Assembly (NCBI GenBank): GCA_963664395.2
Contig: OY761159.2
Location: forward strand, 1,920,001 to 1,984,000
DNA from: Candidatus Binatia bacterium
GTDB lineage: Bacteria; Desulfobacterota; Binatia; Bin18
Direction of reading: 5' to 3'
DNA: 64,000 nucleotides
The notes under the pieces were generated by a model that ran no database searches, was not told the DNA's origin, and worked only from the letters and a program-made list of their open reading frames with translations. Positions 49,810 to 58,988 of this stretch are shown here, piece by piece. Positions within the stretch are counted from its first letter, which is position 1; every line of letters starts with the position of its first letter. The translations under genes were made by a program, and so were the position numbers.

Positions 49810-49925
49810 GGTCGCCTCCTTTTTCTATTTTGATTCGTATCACGTCGTCTTCCTACCTCTTCGTAGGCTCCTAGATTGCTATAGAAAAGCGCCGGGAAGT
49901 GCAAGGGTTCCCAGACGTTCTCGTA

Positions 49926-50525
49926 TTACATTTTTATTCTACCCACCCACTGCGCATACTCTTGGGGCGTATCAATATCGGCTCGAATACCAGGATCATC
50001 AAGCGCGATCTCACGCACCCGCTCCGGGTCTTTGCGGACAACCACCTTCGCCCCTTTATCCAGCGGAGCAGCCAGAATTTCTCCGTACACACGCCTGGAG
50101 AATAGCACCGGATGGCCCCGCCGGCCCTGGTAGGAGGCAATAATGATGGGCAATGGATCAGCCACAAACGACGCCAGAAGAACCTGTATGGTCTCAGGTT
50201 TTATAAGAGGATGGTCAACAAGGTTGACCACTGCGGCCTCACTCTCATGCGACAGCGCATGAATACCCACCATCAGAGAAGATAATTGGCCCAGTCGGTA
50301 ACGCGGATTCAACACGATCCGAAGGGCTGGATGCTTCGGTACAACCGCACGAATTTGCGCTTCATGCTCATGCGCTCCGAGCACAACGATGAGTTCATCG
50401 ACTCCGGCGGTCAAAAAGGCAGCGCAAATGTTTTCAATAAATGTGTGCCCCTGGTAGTCGAGCAGCGCTTTAGGCGACCCCATCCGCCGAGACTCACCCG
50501 CGGCCAGAACAATTCCAGAAATCAT
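49926..50525 (-). CDS. mocA: Molybdenum cofactor cytidylyltransferase-like nucleotidyltransferase
   Basis: LAAGESRRMG.PK, GHPVLF, DIDTP; adjacent to the Mo-hydroxylase genes. Confidence 0.85.
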   Translation of the reverse strand: MISGIVLAAGESRRMGSPKALLDYQGHTFIENICAAFLTAGVDELIVVLGAHEHEAQIRAVVPKHPALRIVLNPRYRLGQLSSLMVGIHALSHESEAAVVNLVDHPLIKPETIQVLLASFVADPLPIIIASYQGRRGHPVLFSRRVYGEILAAPLDKGAKVVVRKDPERVREIALDDPGIRADIDTPQEYAQWVGRIKM

Positions 50526-50555
50526 ACTGCGCGTTCGTTTACAGCAAGAGCGACG

Positions 50556-51725
50556 TTACGGAGTAAATTTGAGTGGTCCGCCGGGCCGTACTTTCGCGGC
50601 CAGCGAAAGCGTATCAGCCGGGCCTTTACGCCGGGCGCGAATAATCTCAGCAGCAATGGCGACGGCAATCTCCGCCGGCGTCTCTGCTGCAATATCAAGC
50701 CCCAGCGGTGTATGCACGCGTGCGACATCTTCTGGTTGATAGCCCTGTTCAACCAAGCGCTCAAGGGTCGTTTTTGAGCGGCGCCGACTCCCAATCATGC
50801 CAATATAAGCTGGATTCTTCTTGAGCGCCGTCTTAACCGCAGTTTCATCCCACACATGCCCGCGCGTGACCACCACGACAAAGGTCTGCTCGTTAATATT
50901 CAAGCTGTTCAGGACATCCTCGAATGGTCCAACTCGAATATCAGCGGCATTGGGGAACCGTTCTCGATTGGCAAAGGCCCACCGGTCATCCACCACAACG
51001 GTATGAAAGCCGAGCATTGCACCTATTTCGCACAGCGGCTGCGCAATATGGCCAGCGCCAACAATGAGCAAGGTCTGGACGCCCATCTGCACATCGACAA
51101 AAATACGCGGCCAATCCTCTTTGCGCACGACCGCGTCTTCCCGGACTTCACCCTGCGGTGACACGGCAAACAGTTGTGGCTTGCCGGAGGAGACTGATGA
51201 AGCAAGGGTTTTGAGCGTTTCTGCTGTTATTGAGACAGCCGGCGTCAGGGAGGTTCCATCTTTTCTCTCTTGGCCATCTTGGCCGAGAGAGAGACAGATC
51301 TTTGTGCCAGGTTGTATACCATTGACTGGACCGAGCGCCGTCACCAAGGCGGCGGGACGGCGAGCGCGCGTCGCCTCGACCAAAGTATGGGCTAATGCAC
51401 GGTGTTCGTCTGGCTGCCAGAGATCAAGCGCCACGTCCATCACACCCCCGCAGACCTGGATTTCGTCTTGATCAAAATCGCCAGTCAAGTCGACCTGGAC
51501 AATGCGCGGCGGTAGCTTTTGCTCCAGAACCGGATACGCCCGGCGCAGCACTTCACCTTCGCCACAGCCCCCGCCAATAGTGCCAAACGGCTGTCCCTCG
51601 GGTGGCACGACCATTTTCGCCCCGACCTCACGCGGGACAGAGCCACGCGTACGGATAATCGTCGCCAACACAAAAGGCTTGCCAGCCGCCAAAAGTTCTT
51701 CAGCACGTTCCCAGAGATCTTCCAC
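50556..51725 (-). CDS. xdhC: XdhC/CoxI-family Moco maturation factor
   Basis: GSVPREVGAKM, GTIGGGCGE, CGG, GAGHIA, YIGMIGSRR, AETPAEIA. Confidence 0.92.
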   Translation of the reverse strand: MEDLWERAEELLAAGKPFVLATIIRTRGSVPREVGAKMVVPPEGQPFGTIGGGCGEGEVLRRAYPVLEQKLPPRIVQVDLTGDFDQDEIQVCGGVMDVALDLWQPDEHRALAHTLVEATRARRPAALVTALGPVNGIQPGTKICLSLGQDGQERKDGTSLTPAVSITAETLKTLASSVSSGKPQLFAVSPQGEVREDAVVRKEDWPRIFVDVQMGVQTLLIVGAGHIAQPLCEIGAMLGFHTVVVDDRWAFANRERFPNAADIRVGPFEDVLNSLNINEQTFVVVVTRGHVWDETAVKTALKKNPAYIGMIGSRRRSKTTLERLVEQGYQPEDVARVHTPLGLDIAAETPAEIAVAIAAEIIRARRKGPADTLSLAAKVRPGGPLKFTP

Positions 51726-51786
51726 GGCACGAATCCTATCTGAACAGTTGGGGGGAAAGCAATGGAATGCTGTACCTTTTGCGAGA

Positions 51787-52797
51787 CTATTGGAACCGAG
51801 GCATAATTTTTTGGGCGAAGGTTTGCAGCACCTGGGCCGGGTCGCCGGTCAGCGGGCCAAGAAAAATTTTCTTGACCCCGGCCTCGGCTGCGCGCTCGAC
51901 TTGATCGATACAGTCCTGGGGCGTCCCCGCGATGGCGAAGCGTTCGGCCAAATAGTCCTTCAGGCCCAGTTCATCAACCATCTGGGCGTGAAATCGCTCG
52001 GCGCCGAGCAGTTCGTGTTCATGCGGACGGTAGGCAGCCTTGAGTTTTTCAATCGGCTCCCACAGTTCGGCAGGAATACGCTTGCCCTCCAACGTTCGCC
52101 GAAAGGCATGATTGGCGCTCGCGGCCAGGGCCATGCGGATTTCATCCACTGCTGCCTGAGTGGTCTCAGCCACATTGGTTTTGGCAAAAAACCAGATATC
52201 CAAGTCGTCAAGTTTCCGTCCGGCAGCCTTGGCTCCAGCCTCGATACGAGTATAGGCGTCCTGCACAACTGCGGGGCTCAGTCCGCTGCCCACAATCACC
52301 CCATCGGCTAACTCGCCCGCCAACTGTAGGGTCTTTGGCCCCTCGGCACACACGTACAGCGGAACCGGCCTTTTCACCCAGACTTGGCGCACGGTTTTGC
52401 CTTGGAAGCGGGTTTCGCCAGTATAAAAGCCTTTGATCGCTTCGAGCGCTTCGCGAAACTCGGCGAGTCGAGCGGCCTTGAGACCCACGTTATACACGGC
52501 ACTGTCACCCGTCCCAATGCCAAGAAAAGCGCGCCCGTCCGACAGTTCGTTGATCGAGGCAATGGCCCCTGCCGTGACTGCGGGATGGCGGGTCAGGGGG
52601 TTGGTCACAAACGTTCCCATCCGCAGCCGCTGACTGTTCAGCGCGCATTGGGTCAAAGTCACATAACAGTCCGGCCACAGCCAGTGCGCGTCCGGTACGC
52701 CAACCATCTCAAAGCCCCAGGCTTCAATCCGGCGCACCAGCCTCGGCAGGTCAGGATAGTTATGTGCAAGAGGAATTGTTGCGAATTGAACCCGCAT
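51787..52797 (-). CDS. LLM-class (F420-dependent Mer-like) oxidoreductase
   Basis: VTNPLTRHPAVTA, LGIGTGDSA, GPKTLQLAGELADG. Confidence 0.88.
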   Translation of the reverse strand: MRVQFATIPLAHNYPDLPRLVRRIEAWGFEMVGVPDAHWLWPDCYVTLTQCALNSQRLRMGTFVTNPLTRHPAVTAGAIASINELSDGRAFLGIGTGDSAVYNVGLKAARLAEFREALEAIKGFYTGETRFQGKTVRQVWVKRPVPLYVCAEGPKTLQLAGELADGVIVGSGLSPAVVQDAYTRIEAGAKAAGRKLDDLDIWFFAKTNVAETTQAAVDEIRMALAASANHAFRRTLEGKRIPAELWEPIEKLKAAYRPHEHELLGAERFHAQMVDELGLKDYLAERFAIAGTPQDCIDQVERAAEAGVKKIFLGPLTGDPAQVLQTFAQKIMPRFQ

Positions 52798-52933
52798 CGG
52801 CGTACAGAGTAAACGTGTCCTCTTCATGGCACAAGGCTGTTGACACGTTTTCCTTCCTTGTGGGTGTACCCTACCCGCTTCGGTTCAAGAGCACCATTGC
52901 CGGGGCTTCCCGCCTGACCTATGCTGCGTCCTC

Positions 52934-54067
52934 ATGCAGATCCGTGTGCTCACCCAATTCGAGACGACGCCGGCGCAAAGCGTGGCCACGGACCGGTATT
53001 TTCTTCACACCGTGATTGAGACGCAGCTTCCAGTCCTGCGCGTCTATACGTATCCAGATGATGTGATTCTGCTGGGTCGGTATCAGGCTGCCGGCGCACA
53101 AAGCGGAAACGTGTCAACATCTCGGGTCAGATTTGAGGACACGTTTCCGCTTTTCAGCCAAGACCCCGGTCTGACGATGACCCGGCGACTGACTGGCGGG
53201 CGGGCCTTTCCGAGTGGTAACGGGTTTATCCAATTTTCACTCATTGTGCCGCATCGTTCATTTTTCTTCTCCGCCGACCCGTACTATCTCGCGCCGTTTC
53301 AGATCCTGAATCGTTACGTCCGCGGGGTTCTGCGTGGCCTCAAAACGAGCGGGATTGAAGTCTTCTATCCGGGGCGAGATTTTCTCACTGTCCGAAGGCT
53401 GCCAATTGGCTGGCATTCGTTTATGACCGAAGAAACCGGAGCCTTGCTGTACGAAGGAGGAGTGTTTGTCCAACGGGATATGGGTCTCCTTCCCCATTTA
53501 CTTGACCGGGCCGACCCGAATGGGAGCATTCCCTGCCAGCTCTTTATGCCGGATCACGTGACCAATTTGGAAAAAGTCCTGGGACAGCCCCCCTCACAAG
53601 AGCAGGTCGTCGGTCTGCTACGACATGGATTCGCTCAGCAGTTTGGTTTAGAACCCCTCAATCGAGAGGCGCAAGAGCTGAGTGAAGACGAACAGGTAGC
53701 CATTATGGCAGAACAGGAAAAATCTGACGCGGGGCTGTCCAGCCGCCCGCGTCAATCTGCTCTGCCTTGTGTAGCAACAATGCAAACCCCACTTGGAGAA
53801 TTGCAAGTCCGGTTCTCTCTCACGCCTGAACAGACAATCCAGACAGTCAATGAAGTCCGGTTCTCGGGCGACTTCATTGCCAACCCGGCCGGGATGCAGG
53901 CGTTGGAGCACAATCTCAAAGGCTGTTCGCTGGAGCAAGAAGCACTCTGGCGGGTCATTGACCAGACATTTCTTCAGCCGGAGCATTATCTGATCGGGGC
54001 TGGGAAGTTAGAAGACGTACCCGGATTGATTAGAAGCGCTTCCTCATTATTAACGCCACTCAGATAG
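52934..54067 (+). CDS. Lipoate-protein ligase (LplA)-like protein with a divergent active site
   Basis: LGRYQ, RRLTGG, VTNL, C-terminal domain FSGDF; the GRKISG motif appears replaced by RLPIG. Confidence 0.75.
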   Translation: MQIRVLTQFETTPAQSVATDRYFLHTVIETQLPVLRVYTYPDDVILLGRYQAAGAQSGNVSTSRVRFEDTFPLFSQDPGLTMTRRLTGGRAFPSGNGFIQFSLIVPHRSFFFSADPYYLAPFQILNRYVRGVLRGLKTSGIEVFYPGRDFLTVRRLPIGWHSFMTEETGALLYEGGVFVQRDMGLLPHLLDRADPNGSIPCQLFMPDHVTNLEKVLGQPPSQEQVVGLLRHGFAQQFGLEPLNREAQELSEDEQVAIMAEQEKSDAGLSSRPRQSALPCVATMQTPLGELQVRFSLTPEQTIQTVNEVRFSGDFIANPAGMQALEHNLKGCSLEQEALWRVIDQTFLQPEHYLIGAGKLEDVPGLIRSASSLLTPLR

Positions 54068-54070
54068 GCT

Positions 54071-54901
54071 ATGGATTATACAAGGAACGAAGCGCTACCG
54101 CTCAATCAGATTGCAGCCGGACTCCTCGCCGACGAGGACCATACCCGTCTCTCAGCGCTCGCTCTGCTTGAGTCGGAGAGAACACTAAGGTCTCTCTCGG
54201 ACGACGTGGTCCGTAACCTTCTCGCGTGTCTGGGGCATCGTACCAAAAAAATACAACGTGGTGCGGCGATCGTCCTCGTCCGCTTCGCCTCCCAACAGCC
54301 TGGCATTATCGCGGCGCTGACACACAAGCTGACGCATCCGGACGCTCGGCTGCGCTGGACCGCCGCTTTTACTCTCTCTCAGCTTGAGCTGCCGAGCCCC
54401 GCTCCTCTTCCCGTTTTGATCGAAAATCTTGGGCAGCAGGAAAGTGACCTGCGCTGGGCAGCAGCAACTGCTCTCTTGCAGCTCGCCCGGCACTATTCTC
54501 AAGACGTTGTTACTGGAATGATCCAGCTTGTGAATACAGGCAATGCCGTACAACGCCGTATGGCCCTCTACTGCCTGCGCGACCTGAAGCAAACGGATCA
54601 AGCAGCACAGGACGCCTATCTCGCCAGCCTGCACGACCAGGACCCAATGGTCCGCCTGGGTGGGTTGTCCTGTTTGGGTAAACTGCAATTGACGAGTGAG
54701 ACCATTCGCCAAGCTATTATTCAGCTTTTAGAGCAGGACCCAGACATGGGCGTTCGGCGCGCCGCGGCTGTGACCTGTGGACAGATGGGAGAGACAAGTC
54801 AGGAGATCGTCGAAGCCTTGCGCAAGAGCTGTACATCCGGCGACAAGAGCCTGAGCAGAGCCGCGACCGGAGCACTCAGGCAACTGCCGGCCGACTCGTA
54901 A
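54071..54901 (+). CDS. HEAT-repeat protein
   Basis: Repeats LTHPDARLRWTAAFTL, ESDLRWAAATAL, DQDPMVR, DPDMGVRRAAA. Confidence 0.88.
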   Translation: MDYTRNEALPLNQIAAGLLADEDHTRLSALALLESERTLRSLSDDVVRNLLACLGHRTKKIQRGAAIVLVRFASQQPGIIAALTHKLTHPDARLRWTAAFTLSQLELPSPAPLPVLIENLGQQESDLRWAAATALLQLARHYSQDVVTGMIQLVNTGNAVQRRMALYCLRDLKQTDQAAQDAYLASLHDQDPMVRLGGLSCLGKLQLTSETIRQAIIQLLEQDPDMGVRRAAAVTCGQMGETSQEIVEALRKSCTSGDKSLSRAATGALRQLPADS

Positions 54902-54936
54902 CGGACTGTGGTTCTTCTTATCCTCGCAGCGCGAAT

Positions 54937-55272
54937 TCAGGTCAACGCGAACAGCGCCGTCTCGGGTGCCTTGTCGAGCACGCGGAGCAACGCCTTGGCC
55001 GCACCGGTGGGGCAACGTTTTCCTTGTTCCCAGTTACGGATCGTTTCTTGCGGCACGTCGATGCGCCGGGCGAACTCTTGCTGTGTGAATCCCAGGCGCT
55101 TACGGACGCGGCGGGCGAATTTTGCCATGTCCCGCATCGCTTCGGCATCGTCTTGGCGTTGCTGCGCAGCGATGTCCCGTTCGGTCGTCGCGTCCAGCAT
55201 TTCGTAATTGACTCGCCCCGCAGGCAGGTCTCGCCGGCGGCCGGGATCAATCTTGACGCGCGTTCTTGTCAT
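54937..55272 (-). CDS. XRE HTH antitoxin (partner of BrnT)
   Basis: LDATTERDIAAQ..., GFTQQEFA..TIRNWEQGKRCP; overlaps the toxin 3' end. Confidence 0.85.
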   Translation of the reverse strand: MTRTRVKIDPGRRRDLPAGRVNYEMLDATTERDIAAQQRQDDAEAMRDMAKFARRVRKRLGFTQQEFARRIDVPQETIRNWEQGKRCPTGAAKALLRVLDKAPETALFALT

Positions 55273-55528
55273 ATTCCTCGACCTCCCTCCTATTGGCTTT
55301 GCGGGCTGAAATGATACGGATGGTGGAATTCCGCACGGTAAAAATCACGACGAACACCCGGCCTTCAATCGCGCCCAACAGCCGGTAGCGATCCTCGCCG
55401 TAGTCTCGACGATAATCCCGACTCATGATCCGATTTGAATCAAGGAAAGCTCGAATGGCATAGGCGAAATCGAACCCGCGCTACGCGAAACACGCATCGC
55501 TCTTTGCGTCAGCCCATTCGAACTCCAT
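55247..55528 (-). pseudogene. brnT: BrnT ribonuclease toxin with an in-frame amber stop at codon 16
   Basis: Not in the ORF track. MEFEWADAKSDACFA*RGFDFAYA...DYGEDRY..LG...IRIISARKANRRE; TAG at 55481-55483. Confidence 0.88.
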
Positions 55529-55536
55529 GAACCTAC

Positions 55537-55553
55537 GTAGGCCATTGGCCTAC
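55537..55553. promoter_or_regulatory. Putative operator of the brnT-HTH operon
   Basis: GTAGGCCA-t-TGGCCTAC 8 nt upstream of the ATG; minus-strand TTGACC at 55558-55563. Confidence 0.6.
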
Positions 55554-55930
55554 CGCAGGTCAACACGCAAGGGAAGTATGGATGCTCACGACAGATAGCC
55601 CATGGGCTCATTTTTCAGCAGTTCAACAATCACCTGCTGCCGGGTCTTGGGCCGCGTTTGGTTTTGTCCCTTCCCAACCAAGACAAACAGACCGCGCTTA
55701 TACGTTCCGCCGCCGTGCTGACACGTGTCCCACAACCGCTGCCACCGCTCGGGTGAGCGGACCCACTGTCTGAGGATTTTCTCTTGGTTGGTCATCCTTC
55801 CGTCTTGGCTGAATTCCGGCATGAGCGCAAGAGCCGTACCCGGAAAGTCAGGGTATGCTACGAAAGACCGCTTCCATTACGGGCAGGCTCTCCTGCTCCG
55901 TGTTAAACCAGGCTTACGGGGAAACCGGAC

Positions 55931-58456
55931 TTATGCGGTCTGCCCCTCTACACTCGGCTGTGGCGTTCCGACCAAAGCCGTTTTTTTCCCGTATACGAAG
56001 CGAGGTTTGAACGTATTCAGGATCGCCGGCAGGACGGTCATCGAAACCAAGAGACAGGCGCCCATATTCAGCGACAGCATGGCGCCCAGATAAAAATTGG
56101 GCCGAAAATTCGAGGTGAGGAAGACCAAGAAGCTCGCCGTCACAACGAGTGCATTAAAAAAGATAGCTTTGCCCGACGTCGCCATGGTGGCGGCGGTAAT
56201 CTCTTCTGGGTCCGTCAATCCAGAGCGGATTTTAATCCGGTATTTATTCAGGAAGTGGATCGTATAGTCGATGCCAATGCCAATCACCATGGAGGCGGTC
56301 AACGATTTGCCAACCTCAAGGGGAATGCCAAGGAGTCCGAGCAGCCCAAAACTGAAGACCATGACTAAACTAATCGGGATAATATTGATCAGCCCAGCGA
56401 CCCAGGAGCGAAACATAAACGCCGTCAATAAAAAGACGGCCGCCAGTGAGACGACGAGACTCGCCAGCTGCCCAGACACCACCAGTTCGCTGAAACGGGT
56501 GGTCAGATAGCCATTGCCGGCAATCCCAAGCCGAAAACCGCTGTTGGTTTCCCAACCAATAACCGTCGGCTCAATGCCAGCCAGCCAGCGTCCAAAGCGG
56601 ATAGACCACGGATCCTGTAAGCCGGCATCGGCTGTGCCGTCATCCCCTACCTGCCCAAACTCACGCACGGCAAAGTCGTGCACAATCCCAACCACGCGTT
56701 CGATGTCCTGGGTGCTATCCGACCGCAAAAATATGGTCATATTGGCGTGCTGATAGTCATAATCCACGATCTCATCAAAATCGTCCGGGTCGCCAGAGAA
56801 GGAATAGAGCAACAGGTACTGGGCGACGAGGTCTTGCGAGTCCGGAATCACTTCCATTTCGGGCCGATCCTCGTTCATCACCCGGTTCATGCGTTTGATA
56901 TACTCGGCCAACGAGAGCGACCCGCCAACGATAGGGTCTTGTTCGACGACGGTTTGGAGGCGGTCGAGTTGGGCGAGCAGCACCGGATCTTTGAGCAGAT
57001 CAGGCTGATGGCCTTCAATCGCAATATACAGCGGTAGATTGCCTTGGAAGGTCTCGCCTAAGACGGTATCCGCAATCCGCACGGGACTGTTTGGATCGGA
57101 CATCTTGATAAATGAGGTATCGACAAAAATGCGCTGCGCACCAAGCAGACACACCAGCATGACACTGGTTGTCACGCCCCACACCACGAGTGGTTTTCGC
57201 GCAACGCCGACGCCTATGCGGGAGAGCGTCCGTGCCGCCCAGCCCGTCGCCGCGAGGTCACCACTACGGCCCATTTGGGCGCGCAAGCCCCGGCCGACTT
57301 TGACTGGTAGGAGGCTCAACAGGGCCGGAAAAAAAGTGATGGAGAAGATCATCGCGGCCAAGACGCCAATGGAGGTAAAGATGCCAAAATAGCGGATCGG
57401 GAGAATGCTGGCGGTCAGGAAGGATAAAAACCCGGCCGCCGTCGTCAAGGAGGTGAAGACCACCGGTTGCCACATCTCTTGCATCGCGGCGAGGACCGCG
57501 TCGACTGAGGAAACGTCCGGATGTTGCAAGACCTCATCGTAATAGCGGCTCAGAATATGAATGCCGTTTGCCACCCCAACCGCCATCAGGATAACCGGCA
57601 TCATGGTGGAAATGGAATACATCGGAATCCCCACGGCCGCCATAATGCCTAAGGTCCAAATCACGGAGACGCCGACCACCGCCAAGGGGAGCAAGACGCC
57701 GCGCACACTCCGATAGGTAAAATACAGCGTGCCGAGGACAATCACGAGAATGAGCGGGATGAAGGTCTCCATGTCCTGCCGCATCCCCTCCTCAAAGGTG
57801 ACTTCCAGAGCGCCTTGACCCGCAATATGGAATTCCTCCGGAGCGCCGGCCGCTTTTTTCGCCTCAACCATATCCCGGATCGTCGTATAAATAGCCATCC
57901 GTCTGGCCGTGCCCTCGATAGTCCCTCCGCCGGATTCCATTTTGGCCGTGATGAGCATCCCGGTGCCGTCCTGGGAGACGATCCAATTGACGAACATCGA
58001 ATTGTGAAAGAGGGCCTGCCGTAATGCGTCGAGTGACTCGGGTGAGTGAGGCACCGTTTCCATGAACGGATCAACTGCCATGCCGTCCGCCGTACCGGTG
58101 ATATTATCGAGCGTGGCCACACTCGCCACGTCTTCATCGCGGATGGCTTTGATGCCGGGCAACAGGGCGATCTTTTCCGAGAATTCTTTGATCGTCGTGA
58201 GCGTACGCGGATTGAAGACGCCGTTTTCGTCCGGATTTTTATTCAGAACCCCGACAACAATCAGATCGCGTATACCAAAGCGCTCCTCGACCAGATCGTT
58301 ATAGCTCATGACTGGATCGTTTTGGGGAATAAAGGCGTCGGCATCGCCCTCAAAGCGCAACGACTGTAGCTGGACCCAGGCCAGACCGGTACAGCCCAGA
58401 ACAAGGCCAATGACCAAGAAACGAAAGCGGATGATCCAGCGGAAAAATGATTCCAT
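55931..58456 (-). CDS. MMPL/RND-family transporter
   Basis: Two RND halves; TM motifs AVGVANGIH and GIGIDYTIH; TSLTTAAGF. Confidence 0.9.
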   Translation of the reverse strand: MESFFRWIIRFRFLVIGLVLGCTGLAWVQLQSLRFEGDADAFIPQNDPVMSYNDLVEERFGIRDLIVVGVLNKNPDENGVFNPRTLTTIKEFSEKIALLPGIKAIRDEDVASVATLDNITGTADGMAVDPFMETVPHSPESLDALRQALFHNSMFVNWIVSQDGTGMLITAKMESGGGTIEGTARRMAIYTTIRDMVEAKKAAGAPEEFHIAGQGALEVTFEEGMRQDMETFIPLILVIVLGTLYFTYRSVRGVLLPLAVVGVSVIWTLGIMAAVGIPMYSISTMMPVILMAVGVANGIHILSRYYDEVLQHPDVSSVDAVLAAMQEMWQPVVFTSLTTAAGFLSFLTASILPIRYFGIFTSIGVLAAMIFSITFFPALLSLLPVKVGRGLRAQMGRSGDLAATGWAARTLSRIGVGVARKPLVVWGVTTSVMLVCLLGAQRIFVDTSFIKMSDPNSPVRIADTVLGETFQGNLPLYIAIEGHQPDLLKDPVLLAQLDRLQTVVEQDPIVGGSLSLAEYIKRMNRVMNEDRPEMEVIPDSQDLVAQYLLLYSFSGDPDDFDEIVDYDYQHANMTIFLRSDSTQDIERVVGIVHDFAVREFGQVGDDGTADAGLQDPWSIRFGRWLAGIEPTVIGWETNSGFRLGIAGNGYLTTRFSELVVSGQLASLVVSLAAVFLLTAFMFRSWVAGLINIIPISLVMVFSFGLLGLLGIPLEVGKSLTASMVIGIGIDYTIHFLNKYRIKIRSGLTDPEEITAATMATSGKAIFFNALVVTASFLVFLTSNFRPNFYLGAMLSLNMGACLLVSMTVLPAILNTFKPRFVYGKKTALVGTPQPSVEGQTA

Positions 58457-58525
58457 GCTTACGATAGCTCCTTATACTTTTGACACTGACGCTTCCAAGT
58501 AGAGGCGAGAGAGAGTTCACCGCTA

Positions 58526-58703
58526 CTAGGGCGAAGCGACACTTACCAGGAGCAGAGGAGATAAGCTATAAGCCAGGTGCGGCCGACCAAGGAGGCGAGC
58601 AGGGCGAAGCGTCACGAAGTGACAACACGCCAAGAAGCGCGGATCAAGGACTTCCTGCCCGGCAAAGTGACTGATCGCGGACGGACGGCGGCGGACCATC
58701 GTA
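58526..58703 (+). mobile_element. IS5-family left-end remnant with a decayed transposase N-terminus
   Basis: ctagggcgaagcgacact end-like sequence, GGAGG RBS, mutated start (AGG), then AKRHEVTTRQEARIKDFLPGKVTDRGRTAADHR, matching the IS5/DUF4096 pattern RHELTDxQWxRIxxLLPG..GRTAxDNR. Confidence 0.7.
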
Positions 58704-58739
58704 ATTTACCCGCCGAGCGCGGGCGGGGATTTGGGAGCG

Positions 58740-58975
58740 CGTGCCCATTTTCTCAAACGCGGTGTCGGCCAGGTGTTGAACGGCCTTCAGGTCGCCGACA
58801 TCGCAGACCACCCCCTCTACGGCGGTGTCCGTTGCCGCTAGCTCGGCGACTGCCCGGTCTAGGGCCGACGCTTCAATATCGGCTACCACGAGTCGGACGC
58901 CGCGACTGGCCAGACGGCGGGCAGTGGCAAAGCCTATACCGCTGGCTCCACCTGTAATGACGGCGACTTTGTCGG
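58740..58975 (-). pseudogene. N-terminal fragment of an SDR
   Basis: DKVAVITGGASGIGFATARRL...VADIE...CDVGD...AFEKMG, then similarity ends; no NNAG or YxxxK. Confidence 0.8.
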
Positions 58976-58988
58976 TGTGCCACCGTGC

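Noticed and set aside
55481-55483. Pyrrolysine or stop-codon reassignment explaining the brnT TAG
   Set aside because: TAG terminates many ordinary genes in this window (for example at 2933, 6665 and 7695) and no pyl genes are visible.
55586-55822. 78-aa ORF between brnT and the RND gene
   Set aside because: No recognisable family or clear RBS; it could be a fragment but is unsupported.
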